Positions 18,917 to 29,148 are shown, numbered from the stretch's first letter. The stretch is 64,000 bases of DNA from Methanobacteriota archaeon (GCA_014239955.1 JAAZXW010000011.1:1-64000), one strand, 5' to 3'. Numbers and translations: made by a program. Notes: generated by a model not told the origin, from the sequence alone.

Positions 18917-20257
18917 TTGCTGATGTCGGAGAGTCCAGCAGTCGGGGGCTTCTGTCCCGGCGCCGGTATTCGAGGTGTTGATTCCCCTCCAACCTTCTCC
19001 GATGCTGCAGATTTAATTCTCGATTCTGGACGCTCAGAGCAACCTAGCGGCTCTAAGGGGATTCTACTACTAGCCGATGGGACGCGCTTCGAGGGACGCC
19101 TCTTTGGGTCCGAGGCAATTGCAGAGGGGGAGCTGGTATTCACTACTGGGATGTGTGGTTATCAAGAGAGCCTTACCGATCCATCCTTCGCTGGGCAGGT
19201 TCTAACTTTCACCTACCCGCTACTCGGAAACTACGGGGTCCACCCCGGAGTCTCGGAGTCTTCTTCGGTTCACCCTAGAGGGGTGGTATGCAAGGAGCAC
19301 ATGGCATATCCCGACCATCGTGACTCTGTTGGCAGTGTGCATGACCTGTTGGTCACCCACAACGTCCCCGGGATAGAGGGAATCGATACGCGAACTCTAA
19401 CCAGGAGGGTCAGGGAGCACGGAACCCTACTTTGCGTATTCGGCCCCGCTGAACGGGCCGAGGAAATGGAGACAATTCTGGAGGAGATGGTTACTCCGGA
19501 CGCGGAAGATTTGGTCGCTCAAGTTACCTGCGAAGCACCTAAGCTGCTCAATCCCGGAGCCGAGGATGAGGATGGCCTCTCCCTGCCGCGCCTAGCCGCA
19601 ATCGACTGTGGTGTCAAGCACAACATCCTGAGGGAGCTATGCACTAGGTTCGAGGTAGTTTGGTGTCCTGCTGACATGTCTCTTGAGGAAATTTCTCGCG
19701 ATTGGGCCCCTGATGCCCTCTTTGCCTCTAATGGGCCCGGAGACCCAGCCCATCCCGGAGCAGCAACCGATGCGAGGAGGACGTTGGCAGCTGCCGTCAG
19801 ACAGGGGATGCCAGTGATGGGGATATGCCTAGGACACCAGTTAATGGGGCTAGCAGCTGGGTTGAGGACATACAAACTGCGATACGGTCACAGAGGCTCC
19901 AATCAACCAGTGATGGACTTGGAGACGGGGAGGGTCCACATCACAAGCCAGAACCACGGATTCGCAGTCGAAGATCCGGTTCAAGGAATGCTAGCACCCC
20001 ACCCTAGCAGAGCCTGCTCCGAAGCTAGTGACAACATCCTAGGGGCTGAGTTCAGGGTTCGGCACGTCAACTCTAACGACGGGACAGTAGAGGGGCTTGA
20101 CCTGTTGGATAAACCCGCATTCACCATTCAATTCCATCCTGAGGCTTGCCCAGGGCCCCATGACGCCTCACCCCTCTTCGACAGGTTCCAGCAAATTGTT
20201 GCGGAGCATCTAGGTATGGCAGAGGCAGAACTAGTTAGCAATGAAGGGGGTTCATGA
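18917..20257 (+). CDS. carA: Carbamoyl-phosphate synthase small (glutaminase) subunit; about 45-aa N-terminal extension or an unresolved start
   Basis: LLADGTRFEG...FTTGMCGYQESLTDPSF N-domain; GATase triad region GICLGHQLM; overlaps carB (ATGA). Confidence 0.85.
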   Translation: MLMSESPAVGGFCPGAGIRGVDSPPTFSDAADLILDSGRSEQPSGSKGILLLADGTRFEGRLFGSEAIAEGELVFTTGMCGYQESLTDPSFAGQVLTFTYPLLGNYGVHPGVSESSSVHPRGVVCKEHMAYPDHRDSVGSVHDLLVTHNVPGIEGIDTRTLTRRVREHGTLLCVFGPAERAEEMETILEEMVTPDAEDLVAQVTCEAPKLLNPGAEDEDGLSLPRLAAIDCGVKHNILRELCTRFEVVWCPADMSLEEISRDWAPDALFASNGPGDPAHPGAATDARRTLAAAVRQGMPVMGICLGHQLMGLAAGLRTYKLRYGHRGSNQPVMDLETGRVHITSQNHGFAVEDPVQGMLAPHPSRACSEASDNILGAEFRVRHVNSNDGTVEGLDLLDKPAFTIQFHPEACPGPHDASPLFDRFQQIVAEHLGMAEAELVSNEGGS

Positions 20258-23200
20258 TGCCTCGTCGTGACGACTTGAAGAGGGTCCTAATCCTTGGTAG
20301 CGGCCCGATTAGGATTGGACAGGCAGCAGAATTCGATTTCTCAGGATCACAGGCCTGTCGAGCTCTTCGATCCGATGGATACGAAGTCATCCTAGTCAAC
20401 TCAAACCCAGCTACGATTCAGAATGACCCTGAGATGGCCGACAGGATATACATCGAACCCTTGCTGCCAGAGGTAGTCAAGAGAATAATGGAGTTGGAGA
20501 AACCGGATGCCCTTCTAGCAGGCATGGGTGGTCAGACTGCTCTGAACATAGCCTCTGCACTTGCCAAGGACGGTACTCTAGATGAGTTGGGGGTAGAGCT
20601 GATTGGATGCAATCTTGCTGCAATAGATGAGGCAGAGGATAGAGACCTGTTCAAGAGGGTGTGCGAGGAGATCAATCTGCCAGTTTGTAAGGCGATGGCA
20701 TGCAAATCGATCGAGGAGGTCATTGCAGCCGCCGAGGAACTTGGGTCTTTCCCATTGCTTATCAGGCCAGCTTTCACCCTCGGTGGCCTCGGCGGGGGCA
20801 CTGCATTCAACATGGGTGAATTGGTGGAGATTGCCAGCCAAGGTATTCTGCATTCCGCAATTGGTCAGGTCCTCATTGAAGAGAGTATTCTAGGCTGGCA
20901 AGAGCACGAGTATGAGGTGATGAGAGACAGTTCTGACAATGCAATCATCGTTTGCACCATGGAGAACATCGATCCGATGGGCGTGCACACAGGTGAATCC
21001 ATCGTTGTGGCCCCACAGCAGACGCTTTCCGATCGTGACCACCAGGGTCTGCGGAATTCGGCTCTAAAGCTGATCAGGAGGCTCAATATCAAGGGAGGCT
21101 GCAACGTCCAATTCGCAGTAGAGCAGTCCACAGGTGACTACAGGGTCATAGAGGTGAACCCACGAGTCTCCCGTTCCTCTGCATTGGCATCGAAGGCCAC
21201 CGGCTACCCAATAGCAAGGATGGCCGCGCTGATTGCAGTTGGTTACACACTGGATGAGCTCCCCAACCCGATTACCGGGGATGGAACCACGGCTGCATTC
21301 GAACCCACCCTGGACTATTGCGTAGTCAAAATTCCTCGCTGGCCGTTCGACAAGTTCAGGACTGCAGACAGGAGTCTTGGAACCTCAATGAAGTCGACCG
21401 GCGAAGTAATGGCAATCGGCCGTTCCTTTGAGGAGGCCTGCCTCAAGGCATGGGCTAGCCTAGAGTATGACAAACCCCATCCACGCCCTTTGACGATGTC
21501 CGACGCATCGGATGGCGAGACAATGGACGAAAGAGCCTCGGAGATGCTTCCCACAGCGCTTCACGAGGACTGGCTCCGCATTCCTACCGACAGGAGGCTG
21601 GGGGCAGTCATTGAGGCATTCCGGAGGGGTTACTCGATAGAGGACGTCAGGGACCTGACAGGGGGGATCACGAGGTGGTTCCTTAGAAGGTTCGAGAGGA
21701 TAGCGGCAATCGAGACTGAGATTCGAGCAGCTGGAGAGATTGGGATGCGACCAGCTGGAATTCCACAGTCCGAGATGCGGTCTTGGAAGGGCGCCGGATT
21801 CACTTATTTACACATCGCAGATGCGCTTTGTGGCTTTCCTGCGAGTGGTTTCAAGAACCTCCCGACCGGGCAAGACGAAACCGCTGTAAGGTTGCGAAGG
21901 CACGAGCTTAGTGTCCATCCACGGTACCGTATGGTCGACTCATGCGCTGCAGAGTTCGCTGCAGTGACACCATACTACTACTCGACGTATGAGGGCGGCT
22001 CGGCTGAGTCCGGAGTGGACTACGTGCCCGGTCTCGCTTCTTCTGTGAAGCAAAGGATTGCAGTAGTCGGTTCTGGCCCTATTCGAATTGGCCAGGGAAT
22101 AGAGTTCGACTACGGATGCGTGCATGCTGCCGGTGCAATTCAGGACCTCGGCCATGAGGCCATAATAATCAACAACAACCCAGAGACTGTCTCTACTGAC
22201 TTCGATACGAGCGACAGGCTGTACTTCGACCCACTCACTCTAGAGGCTGTCTCGGAGATGCTTCTCCGGGAAGACGCACATGGGATTCTCCTCCAGTTTG
22301 GTGGACAAACAGCAATCAATCTCGCTCTCCCTCTTGTCAACGAACTACCACACCTTTCCACTATGGGTCTTGAACTTGTGATGGAGGGGACATCCCCCGA
22401 GTCAGTCGACGAGGCCAGCGATCGAGAGAGGTTCGAAGAGTTCTCTCTGAGGTGTGGCCTGAGGATGCCTGACGGAGCAACTGCGACAACTCCAGAGGGA
22501 GTGAGACATGCTGCTAACGAGATTGGTTATCCTGTACTAGTTCGCCCCTCCTACGTACTTGGTGGGAGGGGGATGGAAATACTGGCCAACTACAAGCAGT
22601 TGGAGTCTTACATGAGGGATGCATACCTATCATCAGACAGGCCCCTGTTGATCGACAAGTACCTCGGAAATGCCATGGAGCTCGATGTGGACGCGGTTTG
22701 TGATGGCGAAGAGGTTCTCATCGGGGCAATAATGGAGCATCTCGAGGAAGCGGGAATACACTCCGGCGACTCCACTTGCTTCATCCCTCCACAGAATGTC
22801 CCTGATGATATCCTGGAGCAGGTCGAAGAATGGACGAAGGTGATTGGCCTTGAACTCGGAATTCGTGGATGCTACAACATCCAGTTCGCTATACATGATG
22901 GTCTACTGTACGTGCTTGAAGTAAATCCTCGAGGTTCACGTACATTCCCCTTCGTAGCTAAGTCTACAGGAATTCCACTAGCACGGATTGCAGCTAGGGT
23001 GGCCCTCGGGGAGAGGTTGTGCGACCTTGATATCCCAGAGCCACAAACCGATGCAGTGTGTGTGAAGGCACCGGTATTTCCCTTCATCAAGCTGAGGGGT
23101 TTGGACCCAGCCCCAGGTCCAGAGATGAAGTCAACTGGAGAGGTCATGGGGTCTCACATAAGGGCATCAGCAGCATATCTGAAGGCTAGACTGGCAACGG

Positions 23201-23625
23201 AAATACCCGTACCCACCGAAGGAGGGGTGTACATTACCGTGAAGGATGAAGACAAGTACTCTATGATTCCATTAGCCGAGAGCCTCCAGAAGATCGGTTT
23301 TACGATTTTTGCCACCAGGGGTACCTCTCGGGTTCTCCGAGGCGTCGGAGGGCTTGAGGTGGAGACTTGCTACAGGATCGCTGAGGGACGATCTCCCGAT
23401 GCCCTTGACTTGATGCGCCAGGGCAAGATCAATCTCGTCATCAATACGCCCAGATCAACTGGTGGCGCTGTCCTAGATGGGAACATGATGAGGAGGCTTG
23501 CCGTGGAACTCAACATTCCTTTCGTTACCACCATGGCAGGGGCACGTATGGAGGTAGAGGCGATCAAGGAGGCCCTCCAAGGGATCCCAGAGCCTAGGCT
23601 TCTGGAAATTAAATCACTCAACTAG
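20254..23625 (+). CDS. carB: Carbamoyl-phosphate synthase large subunit
   Basis: Duplicated ATP-grasp halves (RVLILGSGPIRIGQAAEFDFSG / RIAVVGSGPIRIGQGIEFDYG) and a C-terminal MGS-like domain; 1123 aa. Confidence 0.95.
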   Translation: MMPRRDDLKRVLILGSGPIRIGQAAEFDFSGSQACRALRSDGYEVILVNSNPATIQNDPEMADRIYIEPLLPEVVKRIMELEKPDALLAGMGGQTALNIASALAKDGTLDELGVELIGCNLAAIDEAEDRDLFKRVCEEINLPVCKAMACKSIEEVIAAAEELGSFPLLIRPAFTLGGLGGGTAFNMGELVEIASQGILHSAIGQVLIEESILGWQEHEYEVMRDSSDNAIIVCTMENIDPMGVHTGESIVVAPQQTLSDRDHQGLRNSALKLIRRLNIKGGCNVQFAVEQSTGDYRVIEVNPRVSRSSALASKATGYPIARMAALIAVGYTLDELPNPITGDGTTAAFEPTLDYCVVKIPRWPFDKFRTADRSLGTSMKSTGEVMAIGRSFEEACLKAWASLEYDKPHPRPLTMSDASDGETMDERASEMLPTALHEDWLRIPTDRRLGAVIEAFRRGYSIEDVRDLTGGITRWFLRRFERIAAIETEIRAAGEIGMRPAGIPQSEMRSWKGAGFTYLHIADALCGFPASGFKNLPTGQDETAVRLRRHELSVHPRYRMVDSCAAEFAAVTPYYYSTYEGGSAESGVDYVPGLASSVKQRIAVVGSGPIRIGQGIEFDYGCVHAAGAIQDLGHEAIIINNNPETVSTDFDTSDRLYFDPLTLEAVSEMLLREDAHGILLQFGGQTAINLALPLVNELPHLSTMGLELVMEGTSPESVDEASDRERFEEFSLRCGLRMPDGATATTPEGVRHAANEIGYPVLVRPSYVLGGRGMEILANYKQLESYMRDAYLSSDRPLLIDKYLGNAMELDVDAVCDGEEVLIGAIMEHLEEAGIHSGDSTCFIPPQNVPDDILEQVEEWTKVIGLELGIRGCYNIQFAIHDGLLYVLEVNPRGSRTFPFVAKSTGIPLARIAARVALGERLCDLDIPEPQTDAVCVKAPVFPFIKLRGLDPAPGPEMKSTGEVMGSHIRASAAYLKARLATEIPVPTEGGVYITVKDEDKYSMIPLAESLQKIGFTIFATRGTSRVLRGVGGLEVETCYRIAEGRSPDALDLMRQGKINLVINTPRSTGGAVLDGNMMRRLAVELNIPFVTTMAGARMEVEAIKEALQGIPEPRLLEIKSLN

Positions 23626-23652
23626 AAGAATATGGAATCCCTATCCCCGATT

Positions 23653-23985
23653 TCAATCGGATAGGAGTGTAGCCCCAGTTTCAGTTCGAATTAACCGCCC
23701 GTCCTTTTTGGTGTGGACTGCCATCACGGCCTCCCTTGATCCGTCGGGGAAGCCCATCACCGAGTGCTCGACTAGGATTTCGTCGTTCTCATAGATACAT
23801 CTCGGTTCGTTGATCAAAACTTCCGAATTAGCCATCATGCTAGCCATCATTTCGCTCATCTGAATCTTGTCCATAGTGGTGCCAGTTTGGTGTCTGACGA
23901 ATTCGTAATCATCGTGAAGAATCCCCACATAGTGCGTTGCATCCCTCTCTTCTATTGCCTTCATAAGTAGCTCGTAAACTCCCAT
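23653..23985 (-). CDS. Small cytoplasmic protein, hypothetical
   Basis: 110-aa ORF with no recognisable motif. Confidence 0.3.
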   Translation of the reverse strand: MGVYELLMKAIEERDATHYVGILHDDYEFVRHQTGTTMDKIQMSEMMASMMANSEVLINEPRCIYENDEILVEHSVMGFPDGSREAVMAVHTKKDGRLIRTETGATLLSD

Positions 23986-24033
23986 GCAATTCCGTCCAAG
24001 AGGTAGGATTTGAGTGTTTTCTAGTCAAAATCA

Positions 24034-24336
24034 CTAGAGAATAAAGAAACCAATCAGAAGGATAGGGATGAGGGGGAAGGCAGTTACTAGGTCTTCCACC
24101 GGGTCTACCATGTTCTGGTTCTCCTTGTAGTAGATGAAGGCGGGTGGGTAGAACATTGTTGTCAGGAGTAAGATTGCCCACCACGGGAAACCCCCGTGGA
24201 CACCTTCCCATTCGGACATCGCCTTAACGAACCATTCGCCAAGAGATAGGACGCTACTTACTAGGATGTAGAATATGGACATCGCAACCCCATGTAGGGC
24301 CACGATGTACATCTTCTCCTTCCCCACTCTATGCAC
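24034..24336 (-). CDS. Small membrane protein, hypothetical
   Basis: 100-aa ORF with 3 TM segments; overlaps the lysK stop by 8 nt. Confidence 0.3.
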   Translation of the reverse strand: MHRVGKEKMYIVALHGVAMSIFYILVSSVLSLGEWFVKAMSEWEGVHGGFPWWAILLLTTMFYPPAFIYYKENQNMVDPVEDLVTAFPLIPILLIGFFIL

Positions 24337-25903
24337 TCCCTAGGAGGGTCAGAACACTCTCCTTGTCCATTTCGCAGAGAAGTGAGGAAGCCTTTGGTCC
24401 GAAACTCCTTCCGATTAAGGCCCAATATATCGAGGCATACCCTTCCCTTCTGGATATCCCTGCAGATTCGCAAGCATTCGAGATGGCTTCGCTGATTTGA
24501 TCATCCCGCCAATCGCATTCGGAGAGGAGCGAGGAAAGCACCGATAGGAAACCCATGCCCTCCTCGCCAATCCCCTCCCTCGCCTCATCGCTCAGCTCCA
24601 TTCGAATCTCAAGCTTGGCACCTTCAGGGAAGTGAGGGCCATCAATCCAGATCCTCATCCTCGCGAGTCGGACCACCAGTGATCCCCTCGGCTCACCTTG
24701 GATGTGTCCAGACCTGTTCAGCGATTTCCATACGTCTGCATCTGAGGCCTTGATCTGTGCGAGCATTGAGAGGTGCCTGAAGGAGACGCCTCCAAACGAG
24801 TCACTAGGGTTGGCACCAGCCTCTACCTGGCTGAGCCTTATTGCGCCACTCTGAGTCTGCGCTGCTACCAACTGTCGTTTCGTCATCCCTTCTTCATCGG
24901 CAATCGGGTTCGACACCAACCTCTCATACTCGTCCGCAGTTTGGAAAAGCGAACTCCCCGTGTCGAACTCGATGTGGCGATTGATTTTGCTCCTTGCTAT
25001 CACATAGCGTAGTATCTCGGGAGGAACCAGTGAGAGAGCCTCCATTGGCCCAATTGTGAGGCCAGTAGAGCTGGACATCGGCCCCATTCCCTTCAGTTGA
25101 ATCCACTCGTAGACTATTTTGTCCGGAGGTTCCCCTCCGAGAAGTTTGCATATTGGGATGCCAGTGTCATAGCTCCCACCAGCAGCACCATGGTCCTTGC
25201 CCGCTGGCTCGCAGGTGATGCCATGGATGGCCCATCTGGCCGCCCAATCGATTCTCCATGGCATTTTCCCCTCTCCCTTTCGGATATCTGACGTCCCTTC
25301 CACCCCAAGAGAGTCAATCCAGTGAACGAATGGCTTCTCATAGCCCGTGACAGTCACGCCATCGAGGCTCCCATCCGAGCCCATTGGATTGAACGGGAAC
25401 CAGTCATCAGCAAGCTCCCTACCGGAAATTTCCTGGATGATGCCCCTGATTTCTTCCTTCTTCGATATTGCCGTGTCGATGTATTCGGCGAACCCACCCG
25501 ATTCGTAGGTCTCGTGATTCATCACCACCTCTGGGTGAACACCGATTTGCTCCAGAGCATTCAGGAATGGCCCTAGGAAGTGATCAGCATATGTGCCACT
25601 ACCATCGCTAGGTTTCCCATCTGAACCCGGTGCAGGTATGTACGCAAGTGGGTGGCCGATGTAACTCTCATATTCTGGCGATAGGAAGTCGTATACCCTC
25701 CTCAGGGGGTCCATTGAGTCTACGATGAAGATATATTTCGACTCGATCCCAGCGTCAAGGCAGGCTCTGTGAATCATTTCTGCTGAGAGTATCTCCCTCA
25801 GGTGACCAATGTGGAACTCTCCAGATGGAGTAATTCCAGATGCTGAGACCTGCTCCCCTCCACGCCCCATGAGCCTTTGTGCGGTGTAATCCGCCCAGTG
25901 CAT
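24329..25903 (-). CDS. lysK: Lysine--tRNA ligase, class I (archaeal type)
   Basis: SGITPSGEFHIGHLREI (HIGH) and GMGPMSSSTG (KMSKS-like MSSS) are characteristic of class I LysRS. Confidence 0.9.
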   Translation of the reverse strand: MHWADYTAQRLMGRGGEQVSASGITPSGEFHIGHLREILSAEMIHRACLDAGIESKYIFIVDSMDPLRRVYDFLSPEYESYIGHPLAYIPAPGSDGKPSDGSGTYADHFLGPFLNALEQIGVHPEVVMNHETYESGGFAEYIDTAISKKEEIRGIIQEISGRELADDWFPFNPMGSDGSLDGVTVTGYEKPFVHWIDSLGVEGTSDIRKGEGKMPWRIDWAARWAIHGITCEPAGKDHGAAGGSYDTGIPICKLLGGEPPDKIVYEWIQLKGMGPMSSSTGLTIGPMEALSLVPPEILRYVIARSKINRHIEFDTGSSLFQTADEYERLVSNPIADEEGMTKRQLVAAQTQSGAIRLSQVEAGANPSDSFGGVSFRHLSMLAQIKASDADVWKSLNRSGHIQGEPRGSLVVRLARMRIWIDGPHFPEGAKLEIRMELSDEAREGIGEEGMGFLSVLSSLLSECDWRDDQISEAISNACESAGISRREGYASIYWALIGRSFGPKASSLLCEMDKESVLTLLGSA

Positions 25904-25911
25904 GTGTCACC

Positions 25912-26493
25912 TCAGACCGTCGCTGCTCTAATCAGCGCCCTCAATGGCACCCCTTCGACGTCATCGTCCCAGGACTTGTTCACAAGGACAATGCACATTT
26001 TGACATCGGCCCCTGCAGCACTGAGGCTGGATGCAGTTTTCTTCATGGTAGTGCCTGAGGAGTATACGTCATCGACAATGATTACCCTCTTGCCCTCGAT
26101 ACTGGCGTAGACTTCCGAAAGATGCCCACCGGCATCCTCGCTAATGCTCCTTACCACGGCCATCTCAAGATCCAGAGTCGATGAGATTGCTTGAGCGAAA
26201 GCGATTCCATTGATGCTGACGCCGACTATCGTGTCGATTTCGTCCCCCACGGTCTCATCGATGATGTCACAGAAAATGTATGACACTGCCTCGATCCGAT
26301 CTCCCTTGACGGCAATAGACCTCCATCCGACCTTCACGTCAAGTGGTTTGTCTTCTACCTCGTAATCGCTGGCAGAGAGCCACTGGACCGTGGTCTGTGA
26401 CAACGACAGCTCATCCGCTATTTGCTGAGTGTTGAGTCCGTTCGATCTGAACTCTTCAACCTTAGACCGCAGTTCATCAACACTTAGGTGCAT
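25912..26493 (-). CDS. GfcR-like transcriptional regulator: N-terminal HTH plus a PyrE-like phosphoribosyltransferase domain
   Basis: HTH (GLNTQQIADELSLSQTTVQWL) plus PRPP-binding motif VIIVDDVYSSGTTM. Confidence 0.65.
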   Translation of the reverse strand: MHLSVDELRSKVEEFRSNGLNTQQIADELSLSQTTVQWLSASDYEVEDKPLDVKVGWRSIAVKGDRIEAVSYIFCDIIDETVGDEIDTIVGVSINGIAFAQAISSTLDLEMAVVRSISEDAGGHLSEVYASIEGKRVIIVDDVYSSGTTMKKTASSLSAAGADVKMCIVLVNKSWDDDVEGVPLRALIRAATV

Positions 26494-26565
26494 CAGTCGA
26501 TGCCAGCGTTAGAGTGCTATCAATCCACCGGGAGTATTCTACGGTGCCCGCTGTATTTTCCATAT

Positions 26566-27015
26566 TCAGAACCTACCGGTGCTGCCGAAGCCTCCCTCGC
26601 CTCTCTCGGTATCTCCGAGTTTATCGATTTCAACTTCGGAGAATTGAACATTGGGTATTGGTGATATCACTAGTTGAGCAATCCGCTCCCCGGATTTCAC
26701 CTTGTAAGAATCGCCATCCCCTATCCATGTCATTAGTACGAACAGCTCGCCCCTGTAATCCGCATCAATAGTTCCAATGCTATGGGGTAGGATGAGTCCT
26801 TTCGAGCCTAGTGATGACCTGGCTCTCACTTGTCCCTCGTAACCCTCTGGAATCGCAACCCTGAGCCCAGTCCTAACCTTAACGCTAGAACGGAAACTAA
26901 CAACAGTTTCCTCCAAACAGTACAAGTCCCAACCGGCAGCATGGGCGCTTCCCTTCGTGGGAATCCTAGCATTGGGTTCCGTCTTGGCAATCTTCACTAT
27001 GGGCGGTTCATCCAC
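26566..27015 (-). CDS. dut: dUTP diphosphatase (dUTPase)
   Basis: AGWDLY, GTIDADYRGEL, GERIAQL and RGEGGFGSTGR are the five dUTPase motifs. Confidence 0.8.
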   Translation of the reverse strand: MDEPPIVKIAKTEPNARIPTKGSAHAAGWDLYCLEETVVSFRSSVKVRTGLRVAIPEGYEGQVRARSSLGSKGLILPHSIGTIDADYRGELFVLMTWIGDGDSYKVKSGERIAQLVISPIPNVQFSEVEIDKLGDTERGEGGFGSTGRF

Positions 27016-27089
27016 ATGTTACCGAGTTAGAACCGGTCCTTGACCGTTCCCAAAACTCCCGGTGGGGTGAAAAGCCCCCCTATTCTCCC

Positions 27090-27506
27090 ATGGTCGTGAC
27101 CAACCGCGGATACGAGGACCTCTTAGACCGTGCAAGAGAGAGGATACCGAAGGATATCAGCGAGCGTTCAAGGTGGACGATGCCTCAACCAGATATCATG
27201 ATTGAGGGAAGTCAGACTATTCTCCGGAACTTCTCAGAGATTGTCGATGCGATGGATAGGGATGCCAACCACGTTTTCCAGTATTTGCTCAACGAGCTCG
27301 GGACTTCCGGAAGCAGAGAGCAAGTCCGAATCATGCTCAAGGGTAAGGTCCCTCCAAAGAGAATCAAAGAGAAGATTGTCTCGTACGTCAAGACGTACAT
27401 CCTATGTGGCGAGTGTAAAGCCCCCGATACAAGGTTCATTCGCGAGGGTCGGACTACCCTTCTGAAATGTCAGGCATGCGGCGCAACAAGGCCAGTTCGA
27501 TTGTAG
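27090..27506 (+). CDS. eif2b: Translation initiation factor aIF-2 beta subunit
   Basis: C-terminal zinc ribbon CGECKAPDTRFIREGRTTLLKCQACGA and the eIF2beta N-terminal helix region. Confidence 0.85.
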   Translation: MVVTNRGYEDLLDRARERIPKDISERSRWTMPQPDIMIEGSQTILRNFSEIVDAMDRDANHVFQYLLNELGTSGSREQVRIMLKGKVPPKRIKEKIVSYVKTYILCGECKAPDTRFIREGRTTLLKCQACGATRPVRL

Positions 27507-28535
27507 TCACTTCGGTGAGAAATCCAGCAGAACCTTGCCGCGGTTCTTCCTGTTATGTATGTGCATCTGAGCTTCGGCTACTTTCTCGAATCGCCAAACT
27601 GAATCAATCACCGGATCTATCTTCCCTTCTTGTAGCATCCCGGACAACGAAGCGAGATGTCCCTTGAAGATCGAATCGTCCTCTAGGAGCCCCATATGGA
27701 CTCCGAAAACTGCCTTGTTCGAGCTCATTAGCCCGAGGGGGTCGAATCGAGGCATCCCCCACCACATTCTTAATTCCGAAAGTCGAGATCTCTTCTGCCC
27801 CTTCACAGCTGCAGATGCCCCGAAGTAATACAGCTTGCCCCCTTTCCTAAGAGACTTGTATGAGCGTAGTAGATGACTCCCTCCGACTGGGTCAATGGCA
27901 TGGTGCACCCCCCTTCCACCTGTCATTTCATTGCAGACTTTCACGAAGTCCTCTTTCTCCCTATCGACGAACCTCATACCTAATGATTCGACGAAATCCT
28001 TCTTGGAGGCTGAAGCAGTTCCCACTACTAATGAAGCACCGAAGGCTTCGCATATCTGTGATACTGCAGTACCTACTCCACCAGCAGCGTGATGGACCAG
28101 AACCGTTTCTCCCTCGGAGATCATACCAAGATGTACCAGCATGTGGAAAGCGGTGCCATAGGTAACTGGAATCGCAGCCGCTTGGTCGAAGGAGACCGAG
28201 TCTGGAATCGGAACTACTCTTCTAGCATCCAGGCAGACCATCTCGGAATAACCCCCGAATCCAGTCATTGCGAGTACTCTGTCTCCTTTCTTTACGGAAT
28301 CTACTCCCTCTCCAAGTCCAATCACTACTCCAGCTGCCTCATAACCTGGGGTGAATGGGAAGTCAGGACTCGAACCATAGAGGCCCTGCCTCATCATCAG
28401 ATCTGCAAAATTCACCCCTGCTCTGTGTATACTGACGCAGACCTGGCCACTCTTTGGCACTGGGTCTTGCTCTTCCACAATCTGGATTGTTTCGATACCC
28501 CCGGCCCTTGGATACACAACTCTCTTCATCAACAC
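27507..28535 (-). CDS. NADPH:quinone oxidoreductase / zinc-independent MDR-family reductase
   Basis: GVNFADLMMRQGLY, TPGYEAAGVV and the Rossmann motif HAAGGVGTA. Confidence 0.7.
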   Translation of the reverse strand: MLMKRVVYPRAGGIETIQIVEEQDPVPKSGQVCVSIHRAGVNFADLMMRQGLYGSSPDFPFTPGYEAAGVVIGLGEGVDSVKKGDRVLAMTGFGGYSEMVCLDARRVVPIPDSVSFDQAAAIPVTYGTAFHMLVHLGMISEGETVLVHHAAGGVGTAVSQICEAFGASLVVGTASASKKDFVESLGMRFVDREKEDFVKVCNEMTGGRGVHHAIDPVGGSHLLRSYKSLRKGGKLYYFGASAAVKGQKRSRLSELRMWWGMPRFDPLGLMSSNKAVFGVHMGLLEDDSIFKGHLASLSGMLQEGKIDPVIDSVWRFEKVAEAQMHIHNRKNRGKVLLDFSPK

Positions 28536-28572
28536 CCACCTCGCTACTAATTATTCCCAAATTCTCCAGTCC

Positions 28573-29148
28573 CTATGGCAGGTAGGATCTAATTTCTTCG
28601 AGTCCCTTCTTGTTCTTTGATGGTATCTCCTCTGGGTATCCTATCTTAATGAAACCAATAATTCGCTCTTCGATAGGCGATGCTCCTATCGCGCAATAAG
28701 CAGCTTCTGAGCGAGTAATCGCTCCTGTGCTCCACTGGGAACCAACTCCATTGCCCCAGAGTGACAGAATTAGATTGTGTGTTGCGCATACCGTTGCCGC
28801 ATAGTCCTCTTCTTGCCTGAAGAGATCCCCCGGACTCAGTGAGCTAGTGACGCTAATTAGTACAGGAGGTGATAGAATCTTATCGACGGCCTTGGCCACT
28901 CCTGCTTCAGGAACTTCTCCCTTAGGGGATTTCTTCATGGCTAGGATCTTGACCTCTGGGATGAGTTTGGTTCGGGCATCATCCCCCATTACGTAGAATT
29001 TCCACGGATGGGTATTCTTGTGGCATGGGGCATTTCTTGCAGCCTCAAAGGCCAACTCTAGGATATTATCATCCACTTTCTCGTCTCTGTACCTGTATAT
29101 TGTTCGCCTCGAGGTGAGCACATTCTGGAAAACGCTCATTTTTCTCAC
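28573..29148 (-). CDS. Nitroreductase-family protein
   Basis: RRTIYRYRDEKVDDNILELAFEAARNAPCHKNTHPWKFYV is a nitroreductase N-terminal signature. Confidence 0.65.
   Translation of the reverse strand: MRKMSVFQNVLTSRRTIYRYRDEKVDDNILELAFEAARNAPCHKNTHPWKFYVMGDDARTKLIPEVKILAMKKSPKGEVPEAGVAKAVDKILSPPVLISVTSSLSPGDLFRQEEDYAATVCATHNLILSLWGNGVGSQWSTGAITRSEAAYCAIGASPIEERIIGFIKIGYPEEIPSKNKKGLEEIRSYLP

Noticed and set aside
20532-21131. Several 88-93 aa ORFs on both strands inside carB
   Set aside because: They are antisense or out of frame relative to the strongly supported carB coding sequence, with no independent signals.
21290-21312. tRNA-like T-loop motif (GCATTCGAACCC) on the carB coding strand
   Set aside because: It lies inside carB with no complementary acceptor, D or anticodon stems, so it is coincidental.
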